Origin: Prorocentrum cordatum
Lineage: Eukaryota
DNA: 64,000 nucleotides
Direction: 5' to 3'
NCBI GenBank assembly: GCA_963575745.1
Contig: CAUYUJ010000062.1
Location: forward strand, 1-64,000
The notes below the pieces were generated by a model. It was given only the letters and a program-made list of their open reading frames with translations. It was not told where the DNA came from and made no database searches. The position numbers and the translations under genes were made by a program. Within the stretch, counting starts at the first letter, position 1; the number at the start of each line of letters is the position of its first letter. Positions 38,001-46,352 of this stretch are shown piece by piece.

Positions 38001-41000
38001 CATATTGGATCACCCTGAAGAACAAGACCACGCGCGAAACGAAACAACGCACAGAGAATGGACGTCCGAGCGACGGCAAGAGGTGAGGCCAAGGCGAGAC
38101 GGGGAGAGAGCGGCGGCTCGCGCAGACACGGACACACAGGTCAGGTCAGGTCAAGCCGTAGGTTGGGGCAGCCCATGGGCACGTGCACGGGGCATGAGCC
38201 GGGACCCCGTCTTTGACGGCGTCCGCCCTGCAAGCTGCGGAACGAGGCTGTGGATGCGCATGCATAATTCTGCTGTGCTTCAAAGGAGGGAGAAGGACGC
38301 ACGGGGGGAAGGAGGGGACACGGACACGCAGAGCGACTCCAGGTCTCCGACGGCGCACTGCCGCTCCTGACCAGGCTGCCCCGCTTCGGCGTGCTGTCCA
38401 GCAGCTGCGCCTCGCCCGGGGCGCTCCCGGGGGTGCAGGGCATCGTCCCGAGCGGCAGCGGGAGGCCCGAGCCACGTGGCCCGAGGGCCAGAGATCCGGC
38501 GGCTCCTGCTCCTCCTCCTCCTCCTCCTCCCTCCTCCCTCCTCCTGCTCCTCCTCCTCCTCCCTCCTCCTCCTGCTCCTCCTCCTCCTCCTCCCTCCTCC
38601 TCCTCCTCCTCCTCCTCCTCCTCTCCTCCTCCTCCTCCTCCTCCTCCCTCCTCCTCCTCCTCCTCCTCCCTCCTCCCTCCTCCCTCCTCCCTCCTCCTCC
38701 TCCTCCTCCCTCCTCCTCCTCCTCCTCCTCCTCCTCCTCCTCCTCCTCCTCCTCCTCCTCCTCCTCCTCCTCCTCCTCCTCCTCCTCCTCCTCCTCCTCC
38801 TCCTCCTCCTCCTCCTCCTCCTCCTCCTCCTCCTCCTCCCTGCGCTTCTCGTCTCGGTTCGCGGGCTCGCGGGGGCCCGCTGCAGGGCCCCGGGAGGCGA
38901 TCGAGAGCGGGCTCGGGGCAAGAGGTTGCCCCCGGGGGAGCCGTCGGGGCCTCCTGGGGCCGCGCGCTGGACAGATCTCTTCGTCGGAGGTTTGCCTTTC
39001 GGTCGGGCGTGTCCCTCCACAGGAGGAGTGTTCAAGGATAGTCAACAAAAATAGGCTGGGCACGCTTTTTGGACGACTCTTGGCTATTTTCGAGCCTTGT
39101 TCGACTATCTGTTATTCGTCGTCCCATATCCGCCCGTAGGAGGACATGCCCGACCGAAGTTTACCTTGCCCTCGTCTTCGCCTGCTGGGGCCTCCTAGCA
39201 GGCCCTCGTCGCCAGGCAGACCCGCCGCGGAGCCCTGGTCAGGGCGCGATGCCCGATGTCCTTCCCCTCGTCTTCGCTCTCTGGGGTTTTCCGGGAGGCT
39301 CTCGACACCAACGACCTCGTCTGTTGCGGAGCTCTTGTCGGAGTCAGAAGCGGCATATCGGCGTCTGTGTCTCTCTCTCTCTCTCTCTCTATCCCTCTCT
39401 CTCTCTCTCTCTCTCTGTGTTGGCATCGCTCGGGCGTGTGCATGTCTCTCGGCCAGGTCAGTACCATAAGATCTGGACCACCTTTCGAGCATGTTGGACC
39501 ATCTCGTAAAGCAAATCAAGCACACAGCATTCGAGCAAAACAACCAACCACCCACCCCTACCCCCCACCCCCCACCCCCCACCCCCCACCCCCAAAAAAA
39601 ACTACAGCAACAAGAACAAAAGCACGAAACCAAACAATGCACAAGGAATGGACGGACAATCCGCTGGCATGCGCGTCTACCTTGGCTTGGAGAGCCAATT
39701 CGACCTGCTTCTAGAAGATCGAGGCCTGGGGCTGGGGCCAAATACTGCTCTCACGTTCTATAGACACTTTGGATGCCGTGACGCCTATAGGCGCATTCGG
39801 GGTGGATTCGTCTACGGATGGCGCGGCCGTTGCGTTCGGCGCAGTACGGGGTCGGAGAAAGGGCAGATCCGTCCACGGCACGGTCCACCTCTAGGAGCAG
39901 GTCCCGCGCGGCATTCCAAGAGTCGGCTCTCCTCGCTCGCTTCCCCACCGACTGGCGCCACGGCGCTGCAGTGCACGCCGCTGCCGAGACGAGCCCCTGC
40001 TCGGCAGTGCATCGCCGATGGATTCAAAGTCAAGTCGGGCATGTCCCTCTACGGGAGGAATATCCAAGAGCAGTCAAGAAAGAGCATGGGGAGGATTCTT
40101 CGACTAGGTTTGCCTGGTCTGGGGCATGTGCTGGAGGACGTGCCCGACCTGAGACCAGCCCCTGCTCGGCAACGCATCGCCGATGGCGTGAAAGCGCAGG
40201 CCCTGCTCGGCGATGCGCATCGCTCCCCCCGGAGGTGCAGCCGCCCGCCTTCTGGCAGGCCCTGCTGCCGCGCGAGGACCTCCGCAACACGGTCTCCAGG
40301 GAGCACTTCGAGCTGGCGCCCCAGGGCGGGGAGCTGCGCCTGACCAACAGGAGTCAGGGGCAGCGACGGGGGGCAACGACGGGGGGGGGGATGGGCCCAG
40401 GTCAGAGGAGAGAAAGATACCCATGCCGCTACCCTGCGCCCGTTTTCCCCTTTGGGGGGGCCTCCCGGGAGGCCCTCGTCGCCACCGCCAGGTTCGCCTC
40501 ATGCCGCCGCCCTGCGCCTTGGTCAGAACGCACCCCGGGAGCCGGGGAGTAGCGGTATCGGTAGTTGTTGACCCCCATTGGCCCATTGATCGCCGATGGG
40601 GGCCCGATAGCCCCAGCCTGCCCAGGAGCGTGCGGACTTGCGATCGGGGGCTTATCGCCGATCTGCCAGGGCAGGGCAGGACAGGGCCGGTTTCGATCCC
40701 TCCGATTCGGTTCGGTTCGGTTCGATGTCGATAGTTTCCGATGCCGATTCGATTCGATTTCGGAGTTTCAGATCTGGATTCCGATGTCTCAATGGAGGCC
40801 TACTAGTCTGCCGATTTCGGCCGATTGAACTTCTCCCGACTCGGCTGCCAGGGGTGATGATTAGGGGGGTGGATCTCATGGCAGGGCGGGGGCCATGGTA
40901 TCTCCCCAGATTTCATGGCGCCTTTTCTTATTTCAATGCGTCCCCGCCCCCCCCCCCCCCCGGGCCGCGCACATGCCGCCGGCCATGATTTGCGCCCCCT

Positions 41001-41383
41001 CCTTGACAGGTTGCAGAGCGCAGGCGCGGCCGCTTACACGGTGGTGTGACAGCCTTGGCAGGTTTTTTGACGGCAAGGCAGGCAGGCCTGTTGGCGCTTC
41101 CTCGTGGATTGCGGTGGCACAAAGCCGGGATAATTGCAAGCTGCTGGAAGATGATTACGTTGAGTTCTGTAAGCGGTGAGGGCGGCAGCCACGGCTGCCA
41201 TCTGTCGAGCCCTGTTTGGGGGCACGTGGCAGCGTGCGACACGCGCTGTCCGTACTCGACTTGCTTGCTTGCTCTTGGACGCCCCCCATCTTGGACGCCC
41301 CCGTCAGGAGCGTCTTCGGCACCCTCGTGAACAACGAGCTGGTCACGGGCGAGGTCGCGGTGCGCGACGGGGACACCATCTCG
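1395..41383 (+). CDS. Multi-exon host gene encoding a protein with three FHA (forkhead-associated) domains; both ends uncertain
   Basis: Manually joined exons give three repeats of L-R-(V/L)-G-(R/L)...W..L(V/L)P...VS(R/P)EHFE...N(L/R)S..GT(F/L)(L/V)N..GD. Exon phases are compatible at most junctions, acceptors are mostly AG|G and donors are GT/GC/GA. Confidence 0.75.
2202..2258 (+). CDS. Putative exon (ELKPAAPAAPAEEEAAAAE)
   Basis: CCAG|G acceptor, high-GC3 codons, AGGAGCG repeated at 4069. Confidence 0.45.
3866..4025 (+). repeat. Dispersed repeat (also ~24460-24620 and ~40862-41005)
   Basis: Shared GGGCCGCGCAC(A/G)TGCCGCCGG.CA.GATTTGC.CCCC core. Confidence 0.75.
4070..4092 (+). CDS. Putative micro-exon (ERLRTVS-R)
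   Basis: CAG|G acceptor and AG|GT donor. Phase fits both neighbours. Confidence 0.35.
4494..4666. mobile_element. MITE family 2 (CAGTCAA...TTGACTG, ~170 bp); other copies 345-725 (with insertion), ~17860-18014, 18416-18577, 27861-28033, ~36020-36189, ~42707-42878
   Basis: Short TIRs, often TA-flanked, with a shared interior AGTAAGGA...CCAAGG.TACCCTTGCATCC. Confidence 0.7.
4729..4821 (+). CDS. Putative exon (PARPAAKAEAASEPEVAPPTACFIAHPQLH)
   Basis: CAG|G acceptor, AG|GC donor, coding-like codon usage. Confidence 0.45.
   Translation, partial: AGPAGRQGGGGKRARSGAAHRLLHRPPAAA
7934..8080 (+). repeat. (TAA)n followed by ~89-nt poly(A)
   Basis: Direct inspection. Confidence 0.9.
8298..8850 (+). 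repeat. Degenerate 10-11 nt minisatellite (GGGGCCTCYTG); also 61813-61980 and 63900-64000
   Basis: Visible tandem GGCCTCCTGG/GGCCTCTTGG units. Confidence 0.8.
9160..9673. repeat. (CCG)n microsatellite
   Basis: Direct inspection. Confidence 0.95.
10081..10221. mobile_element. Foldback element with GATGGGC..TTTTC(CAC)n arms around a (GAG)n core; second copy 10711-10865
   Basis: GATGGGCTTGTTTTCCACCACC...ATAAG pairs with ...TTATGGTGGTGGAAAACAGGCCCATC. Confidence 0.75.
11420..11570 (+). repeat. Dispersed repeat (also ~36445-36590, ~38380-38490, reverse ~61340-61470)
   Basis: Shared GCTCGAGGTTTTCGG...CAGCAGCTGCGCCTCGCC core. Confidence 0.65.
11763..11881 (+). CDS. Exon before FHA1 (...AACHLERWTW-R); start could be 11804
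   Basis: AG|GT donor joins in phase to 12981, giving WTWRLECLDG, which parallels EWCLVCTG and FALECTQS before the other two FHA units. Confidence 0.5.
12180..12660 (+). repeat. Two adjacent degenerate tandem repeats (~80-95 bp and ~75 bp units)
   Basis: GATGGAGGG...CTTAGCGCCG occurs three times. GTYCCAGGAAT.GYGTTYTGGCA.GAT occurs three times. Confidence 0.65.
12981..13112 (+). CDS. FHA1 exon a (LECLDG...LRVGRTAHTEGM-W)
   Basis: Pyrimidine tract plus CAG|G, FHA GR motif, GT donor. Confidence 0.75.
13442..13528 (+). CDS. FHA1 exon b (CRLVPDGAARQSVSREHFEVVCASSEEG); 3' end approximate
   Basis: CAG|G acceptor and SxxH motif (SREH). Confidence 0.8.
14445..14643 (+). CDS. FHA1 exon c (HCELRNLSQGGTFLNGELITGHAQLHPGDVL...VHFRL); ends approximate
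   Basis: GTFLNG and L.PGD motifs of the FHA C-terminal half. Followed by TAG at 14644 unless spliced earlier. Confidence 0.8.
14648..14799. mobile_element. Foldback/MITE family 3 (~60-bp arms); related copy 34592-34761
   Basis: AGAAGAAAAAACGCCATAAACATGAATTGTTGGCGCTCCGCGCGG... pairs with ...CCGCGCAGAGCGCCAAAAGTTCATGTTTCTGGCGTTGTTTCTTCT. Confidence 0.75.
14805..14877 (+). CDS. Putative linker exon (FVAALAADPAATLTDACAPRARTE)
   Basis: GC donor. 12-nt direct repeat CCGAGGCGCTGC shared with the acceptor at 15244. Confidence 0.5.
15245..15304 (+). CDS. Linker exon (ALPGPTVPALPTAPALEDEE)
   Basis: AG|G acceptor and GA donor. In phase with 18592. Confidence 0.55.
17562..17711. mobile_element. MITE family 1 (~120-165 bp, ~22-bp TIR AGTCGGGCWTGTCCCTCTACAGG); other copies 13598-13945 (interrupted), 22562-22727, 25608-25732, 39001-39155, 40033-40149, 60516-60673
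   Basis: Imperfect terminal inverted repeats with a related interior (GGGGACGAT, CAAAATCC). Several copies are flanked by TA. Confidence 0.8.
18592..18720 (+). CDS. FHA2 exon a (EWCLVCTG...VLRVGLSLQ)
   Basis: CAG|G acceptor and GA donor. CCAGGAGCC repeated at 24316. Confidence 0.75.
19530..21440. repeat. GATC/ATCGAT-rich satellite (~12-nt degenerate unit ATCGATCTCACT) with ~457-bp higher-order duplication
   Basis: Very dense GATC/TCGA palindromes. CCCACGACCTAAGTATCGGTCTGA occurs at 19741 and 20198. A small relative lies at ~44500-44750. Confidence 0.9.
22040..22545. mobile_element. Three-layer nested foldback element
   Basis: Outer arms GAGCGCTCCGAGAAGGTCGCGG / CCGCGACCTTCTCGGAGCGCTC. Middle arms TCGTCTTACCGCCAGGATCTCAGG / CCTGAGATCTTGGCGGTAAGACGA. 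Inner arms GGAGGATCGCGCCGCATCGC / GCGATGCGGCGCGATCCTCC, a unit also found at ~4905-5052 and ~36195-36342. Confidence 0.8.
23698..24095 (+). repeat. Tandem repeat, 3-4 copies of a 90-155 bp unit
   Basis: Repeated CTTTATTTTCGTGTCG...CCAGGGCAGCCCGTCCAGGCTTCCCAG...GGGCCACGGAAC. Confidence 0.9.
24317..24398 (+). CDS. FHA2 exon b (EPGFWEALVPDPGALDGVSPEHFELFT)
   Basis: SxxH motif (SPEH) and AG|GC donor. Confidence 0.85.
24937..25054 (+). CDS. FHA2 exon c (ILINLSEHGTLVNGELVHESHRLAQGDVVGLP)
   Basis: GTLVNG and GD motifs. CAG|G acceptor and AG|GC donor. Confidence 0.85.
26666..26864 (+). CDS. FHA2 last strand plus linker exon (LGRAEGEAPVVEFRLLRG...ECAE)
   Basis: CGAGGCTCGG occurs at both the 25054 donor and this acceptor. 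VEFRL parallels VHFRL in FHA1. Confidence 0.7.
28062..28226 (+). CDS. Putative linker exon (AALPAASALLGFG...ARRPE)
   Basis: CAG|G acceptor and AG|GC donor, 55 codons, phase 0 at both ends. Confidence 0.55.
29986..34198 (+). mobile_element. 5'-truncated, decayed non-LTR retrotransposon (element C), related to element A, flanked by (CCT)n
   Basis: Fragments align with A ORF2: EPWKTHCGI vs VPWRTHTGL, PKPAGGERISG, MDVEKFYES, IVAGSCNG, IVDG (decayed VDD), FGDGSGGEFSDDPRRRRVGAA, QTVPRAELLAF, HASHKLHYIQKYWLYCCREC vs HPSHRLQYVEKWFIHICSEC. Many frameshifts and stops. CCT tracts at 29850-29985 and 34199-34525. Confidence 0.88.
34766..35370. repeat. (TAG)n/(TAT)n AT-rich microsatellite
   Basis: Direct inspection. 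Confidence 0.95.
35571..35732 (+). CDS. FHA3 exon a (ETGSP...FALECTQSRG...LRLGRA)
   Basis: CAG|G acceptor, GR motif, GT donor. GGTGC repeated at 40234. Confidence 0.75.
37028..37212. repeat. (GCAAAA)n / (GCATA)n / (GCCTA)n simple repeats
   Basis: Direct inspection. Confidence 0.9.
40235..40350 (+). CDS. FHA3 exon b (VQPPAFWQALLPREDLRNTVSREHFELAPQGGELRLTN)
   Basis: SREH motif and AG|GA donor. Confidence 0.85.
41308..41383 (+). CDS. FHA3 exon c (SVFGTLVNNELVTGEVAVRDGDTIS); 3' end approximate
   Basis: CAG|G acceptor, GTLVN and DGDTI motifs. Confidence 0.85.
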
Positions 41384-43339
41384 GAGGAGTGCTGGTTGCA
41401 GAGGATGAGCAGGTACCGATACCGCTGCCTTGGCCTCGTGGTCGCCCTGTTGGGCCTCCTGGGAGGCCTTCGTCGCCACGGCTGGAGTCCTCTCAAAGTG
41501 CTAGTCAGAGCGCACCCCGGGAGAGGTCCGGGGAGTAGCGGTATCGGTACTTGTTTGGTCCCCCCGCAGTTGAGACCAGCGGCGGCCTTCCCTCAGAGGA
41601 GCAACGAGTCATGATGATGAGATGTTGTAAGATTTCCGGGATGCTCAGAACCTCCTAATGTGACGCACGGGCTGCAGAAATGAGGGCCGTTGGATACCTC
41701 GGATTTCTGAACGCATCCTGAGCCAATAGTATCATGGCATCGTCGGGCGGGGCGGGGCTAGGACGAGGATAAGTTCCTTCCAGAGCGTTCCAGAACGCTC
41801 TCAGAGCGTTCCAGAACGCGAAGGCCGCGGCGCCCGAGCCATCCTCCAGAGCCTCTGGACCTCAGAGATTCTCGATTAATCCCCACCCGGCTATATCGTA
41901 GTCCTGGCTCCGTCTTACCTCTTCCTCCTCCTCCTCCTCCTCCTCCTCCTCCCTCCTCCCTCCTCCTCCTCCTCCTCCTCCTCCTCCTCCTCCTCCTCCT
42001 CCTTCTCCTCCGGGGCTGTATTGGCCCGGGCTTCGGTGCAGCATCCCGCAGAGAACGACTGACCCTGGTCTGGACTGACCCCCGGTCCTGCAGATGCCCC
42101 AGCCTCTGGGAGGGCCGCCCGCCCCCGACGCCCACCGATCCGACGCGGGTGTGTTTCTGTTCGCCTGCGCGGCCCCAGACGTCCCGACCGCTTCCCCAGC
42201 GTCCCGGGTCCGTGTTTGATGCGGGAGCCAGGGCTGGACCTAAACGGCGTTTTTGGTGATTTCGTGGGCCGTTTTCGTTTCGACTGCGTTTTGCGGTCAA
42301 GGCGGATTCGAGACAAAAGCGAGGGAAAACGAAAACAAACGACAGCGAAAATCCGAAAATCCCGTTTAGGTTCAGCCCTGTCGGGAGCCTTCGGGCGGGG
42401 TCAGTGCGAGCAGGGGTCAGCCAGAGCGCCGGGTTCTGCAGGATCCTGCGGGGCCAGGGGCGGACTGACCTGGGCCAGCACGCAGGATCCTGCAGAATCT
42501 TGCAGGATCCTGCAAAGCCCGAATGGCCCCGGCTTGGATTGGCCTGGGTCGGTACATCCCCGAATGATTGTCTCTCGGCGCCCCTCCAACTCATTGGTAT
42601 TCGAGAAAACCAAAACAAAAACAAAAGCGGCATGAAACATAAGTTGTCGACGCTCCGCGCGGACCGTTGGAAGTTTTTGCTTATACCGTTGTTCGTCCTC
42701 TACTAACGCTGTCAAAGCGCACAGTAGGGATGAGCAGTTTGCCCAGGTCACCGTGCATTCATTCCCCTTCGGCCCATCCTTCGCAACTGTCGCTGGCCAA
42801 CCCCGTTCGAAAGACGGCAGCATGGCCTTCCAAGGACGGTGCATCCTTACCGCGCATGCTTATTATGCGGTTTGACTGTAAGATTCGCCCCCCAAGGGGC
42901 GACGCGCGCACCGACAGCTCTTGTAGTGTCTGCTTCGTGGCGGGAACGTTCCGGCCGCACCGCTCGGGAAACGACGTATCCCAAGATGGTTGTATTGCAC
43001 GCTCGGGTCGGCCGCACGCCTCCGAGGAGGACACATCGAATTGGTGTTGGTATGTCCTTGTGCGTCCCAGTCCAAGGGCCCGAAAACGGCCCCCAGGTGC
43101 CGCAATCGAGGATAGAACGCCGGTGGAAAAAAAACATGTCGTCGGAGATGTGGGCTGCCGGTTCGTTCCTGCGCCGCCTCTTGAGTCGAGTCGCGAGGCG
43201 CTCCGTTTTCTTGTCTCGTTCTTGAGATTTCCCAAGAAGTTGCCGATCACGCGCTCTTCTGCCCGCGCGTCCTTCCAGATACTCGGCGCTCGGTGGTGGT
43301 CGTCGGAGATGTGTCGGAGGTTGATGGACCTCCTACCCT

Positions 43340-43450
43340 GACACGTCGACCAGCGAATTGGCCGTTTTCGGTTCGCGAGAGGGCGTCGCGGCCGTCATTT
43401 CTGCGAGTTTTCGGCCCTGGGCCGTTTCCATTGAAGGGTGGTTTACTAAA
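43340..43450 (+). repeat. Dispersed repeat (also ~36737-36860 and ~60889-61015)
   Basis: Shared CACGTCGA...GCGAATTGGCCGT...GGGCGTCGCGGCCGTCATTT...TTTACTAA. Confidence 0.7.
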
Positions 43451-44610
43451 GGGAGGGAGCGAGCGGGGGAGGCGGGGGCAGGGGGGAGGAGGCAGGGCGG
43501 GGAGCAAGGGGAGGGGAGGGAGGGGAGGATGAGGGAGAAGGTAAGAGAGGGGAGGAGGGAATTATGGAGGGAGGAGGGGAGGGAGGGAGGAGATAAGGAA
43601 GGGGAGGGGGGAAACGCGAGGAAAAGGAGGAGGGAGAGAGGGAGGTTTGTCCACCGCCTCATGCGGGGTCGGTCTCGACCGGCCCTCTCCTCCGACCCGT
43701 CGGCGTGCGGGCCACGCACTTCCGCGACAGCATCCCCACCGTGCTCTTCCGGTTCCCGTGGGCGGGAGACGTGGGTGCGAATCCGTATCGTTTCACCGAT
43801 CCCTGTCCCCTGACCCTATCCACATCTCGAGCCCCACCGTCTCACCACCTCAGTTGGGGATACGCCCCGCGAGGCCCGAAGAGAGCAGCCTGCATCCCCA
43901 TCCAGGGGGGGTAAGTCGGCCAGTGGGGCACAGCCCACGCAGGTGGGCATGGGGGTCGGTTAAACGATGCTCAGGGGCAGTAGATGGGAGGGGGAGAAGG
44001 GTGCCCTTTTCGGACCTTCAAAGCCCCCTTTCTGCAGCCCTCGCTGCCCTTTTTTCCATGTTTGGCGCCCCCATTACGCGGCCTCCAAGACATACCCGTA
44101 CACGCTGATCGTTGAAAGTATGTATTTCTGGTATGCCAGATCTCAATCTACGTCAAGCGCCTTCCTGTTTCAAGAGTCGATGTGCCTTTGAGGTGTTGTG
44201 TTATGCTCTGGGGGGGGTGCTTGGAGCCAATGTGCTCTATCCGTTTCCTGGTTCATGTGTTTACCTACAGTGCCGTTTTAAACACATGCTCCGCGTGCGG
44301 ATCATGTATTAAAAAATACAGGGATTTAGTAGTAAAAACAACGATGATATGATGCATAAACTTACTCGTAAATTAAGCATGTATTAAAAATCCCATGTAA
44401 TTAAGAATCCCATTATTAAAAATTGCCCTGTACTTCCAACCGACGGGTACCTCCACGACCACCCTTCGGGACTGTTGGGGGGACGGAGCCAGCGTCTCCA
44501 TTGATCTCACCATCGATCTCGTTCTCGAGCGCACGACCGCTCTCACGCGATCGATCTCCCTCGATCGGTCTCACTCGATCGCTCGCACTCGATCGAGCTC
44601 ACTCTTGCGA

Positions 44611-44690
<80 letters not shown>

Positions 44691-44956
44691 TCCCTATCGA
44701 GCTCACTCCTCGGCGATCTCGCCCGATCGAAAACACGATCGATCTCACAACGGTGGGAGCCCGGCGGAGGGAGAGCGCTGACGGAGGGGCGCGCGCCGCC
44801 CGCGGACACGGGGAGGTGCGGGGTCGCAAGAGGTGCCTGCTCGAGCCAGACAGCCGCGGGGACGGTGGTGGCCTCGGTCGCAGCCCGAAAACTGGCGTCT
44901 TCGGGTCCCCCTCCTCCTCCTCCTCCTCCTCCTCCTCCTCCTCCTCCTCCTCCTCC

Positions 44957-44978
44957 TCCGTAGCCATTTTGGCTCAAG
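44957..44978 (+). other. Dinoflagellate spliced-leader (DinoSL) sequence, retro-copied
   Basis: TCCGTAGCCATTTTGGCTCAAG is an exact match to the DinoSL consensus DCCGTAGCCATTTTGGCTCAAG. It is followed by ATG, not the GT donor expected in an SL RNA gene. Confidence 0.97.
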
Positions 44979-45127
44979 ATGCTTTGTTCCACAGGGGAAC
45001 ACGTGGATACCGCTAGTCCGCGGCCAGTGCTAGGGCGTTTCTGCCCGACGTTTCTCATTCAACCTGTGAGCTCCTGGTGGAGCGTATCGACCCACTCCCA
45101 GACGGCAGCAGGCACCACGTGTGTGCG

Positions 45128-46135
45128 ATGGCGCCGCTGTCCAAGAAATGGGTTTGGTCTACCTGCAAGAGCTGCAACAATTGGGCGTACGACTGGAAGA
45201 TCAAGCGCAATGGGGGCTGCTGCGCCAAGTGCGACTCGTTCGCCACTCTCTGGGCGGACACTCCCTCGGCGTCGCGCAAGCCACCATGGGGAGACCAACC
45301 TACAAAGGGCACCTACGCGGAAGTGGTGTGCAGGCAGCTGGTCCACGCCGTCTCCAAGCTGGGGCCCGACCAGAGCATGCAGGAGCAGCTGGAGCACCTG
45401 CAGACCACCACCTCCCAGAAGTGCGCCCCGCCCAAGAAGGAGTTACCCAAGTCTGCGGCTCTCAAGCAGGCAATCGGCAAGGTCAATTCCGCCAAGGCTA
45501 AGCTCGACGGAGTCACCAAGCGACACATGGACGCTGAGAAGGCGCTCGCCAAGCTCGCTGAGCAGGTGGCGCAGGCAGCGGAGGAGGTCTACGAGGCACA
45601 GCTGGAGCACTCGAAGGCCCTGGAAGAATACAACATGCACTCAGTGGCGGAGGGCACGGCGGCTAAGCCCGAGCAGACGGGCTTCCAGGTGGACGAGAGC
45701 CTCTTCGCCGACGAGGAGGATTTGGAACAGACTCAGAAGGACCAGCTTGCAAAGTTCAGGGGGGACGCGAAGTCCTTGCAGGAGCTGCTCGAGCGCGCCA
45801 AGACGCAGCAGGAGGCTCTGCTCACCATGGTCGAGAGCGCGAAGAAGATCAAGGCGGATCATGCGGCAAAGAAGCGCAGGATCAACGAAGGAGGGCAAGC
45901 ACACGCACATGTTCCACCACCTGCTCAAGACGCCAAGCCTGAGGCACCACCACAGCAACAAGCCAGCGATCCAGACGCAGAAAAGCGCAAGGCAGAGGCG
46001 ATCGCCAAGCTCATCGAGGAGAACAGGGAGCGTACCAGGGCGGCATCTCAGAGGGCGACCAACTCTTCACCTACGGCTGGCACGGCTGCTGCGGGCGGCG
46101 CTACGGGCTTTTCTCCTGGTCGGGCTGGTATTTAG
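45128..46135 (+). CDS. Element A ORF1: N-terminal Cys4 zinc ribbon plus coiled-coil (putative nucleic-acid chaperone)
   Basis: MAPLSKKWVWSTCKSCNNWAYDWKIKRNGGCCAKCDS (CxxC...CxxC), then an A/E/K/Q-rich helical region. Intact to TAG, in the typical LINE ORF1 position. Confidence 0.85.
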   Translation: MAPLSKKWVWSTCKSCNNWAYDWKIKRNGGCCAKCDSFATLWADTPSASRKPPWGDQPTKGTYAEVVCRQLVHAVSKLGPDQSMQEQLEHLQTTTSQKCAPPKKELPKSAALKQAIGKVNSAKAKLDGVTKRHMDAEKALAKLAEQVAQAAEEVYEAQLEHSKALEEYNMHSVAEGTAAKPEQTGFQVDESLFADEEDLEQTQKDQLAKFRGDAKSLQELLERAKTQQEALLTMVESAKKIKADHAAKKRRINEGGQAHAHVPPPAQDAKPEAPPQQQASDPDAEKRKAEAIAKLIEENRERTRAASQRATNSSPTAGTAAAGGATGFSPGRAGI

Positions 46136-46352
46136 CCCGCCATGGCAGCCGCCTGCAGCGCTGGACAGGCCTCCAGCACCGCCGCCCCCCGAGAGGTCTG
46201 CCTTCCCTGGTCCCCCTGGGCCGTCGCCCCCGTGTCTCGGGGATCGCACCTCCTCGTCCGCGCCAGATGTGGACGCAGCTTGTCAAGACTGGCGGCGCAG
46301 CCAGAGTGAGAGAGCTCGCAATCAGACATGTGAGACAGCCAAGCCAGCGAAG

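Noticed and set aside
44957..45030. SL RNA gene
   Set aside because: The SL exon is followed by ATG, not a GT donor and SL intron, and it leads straight into a retroelement.
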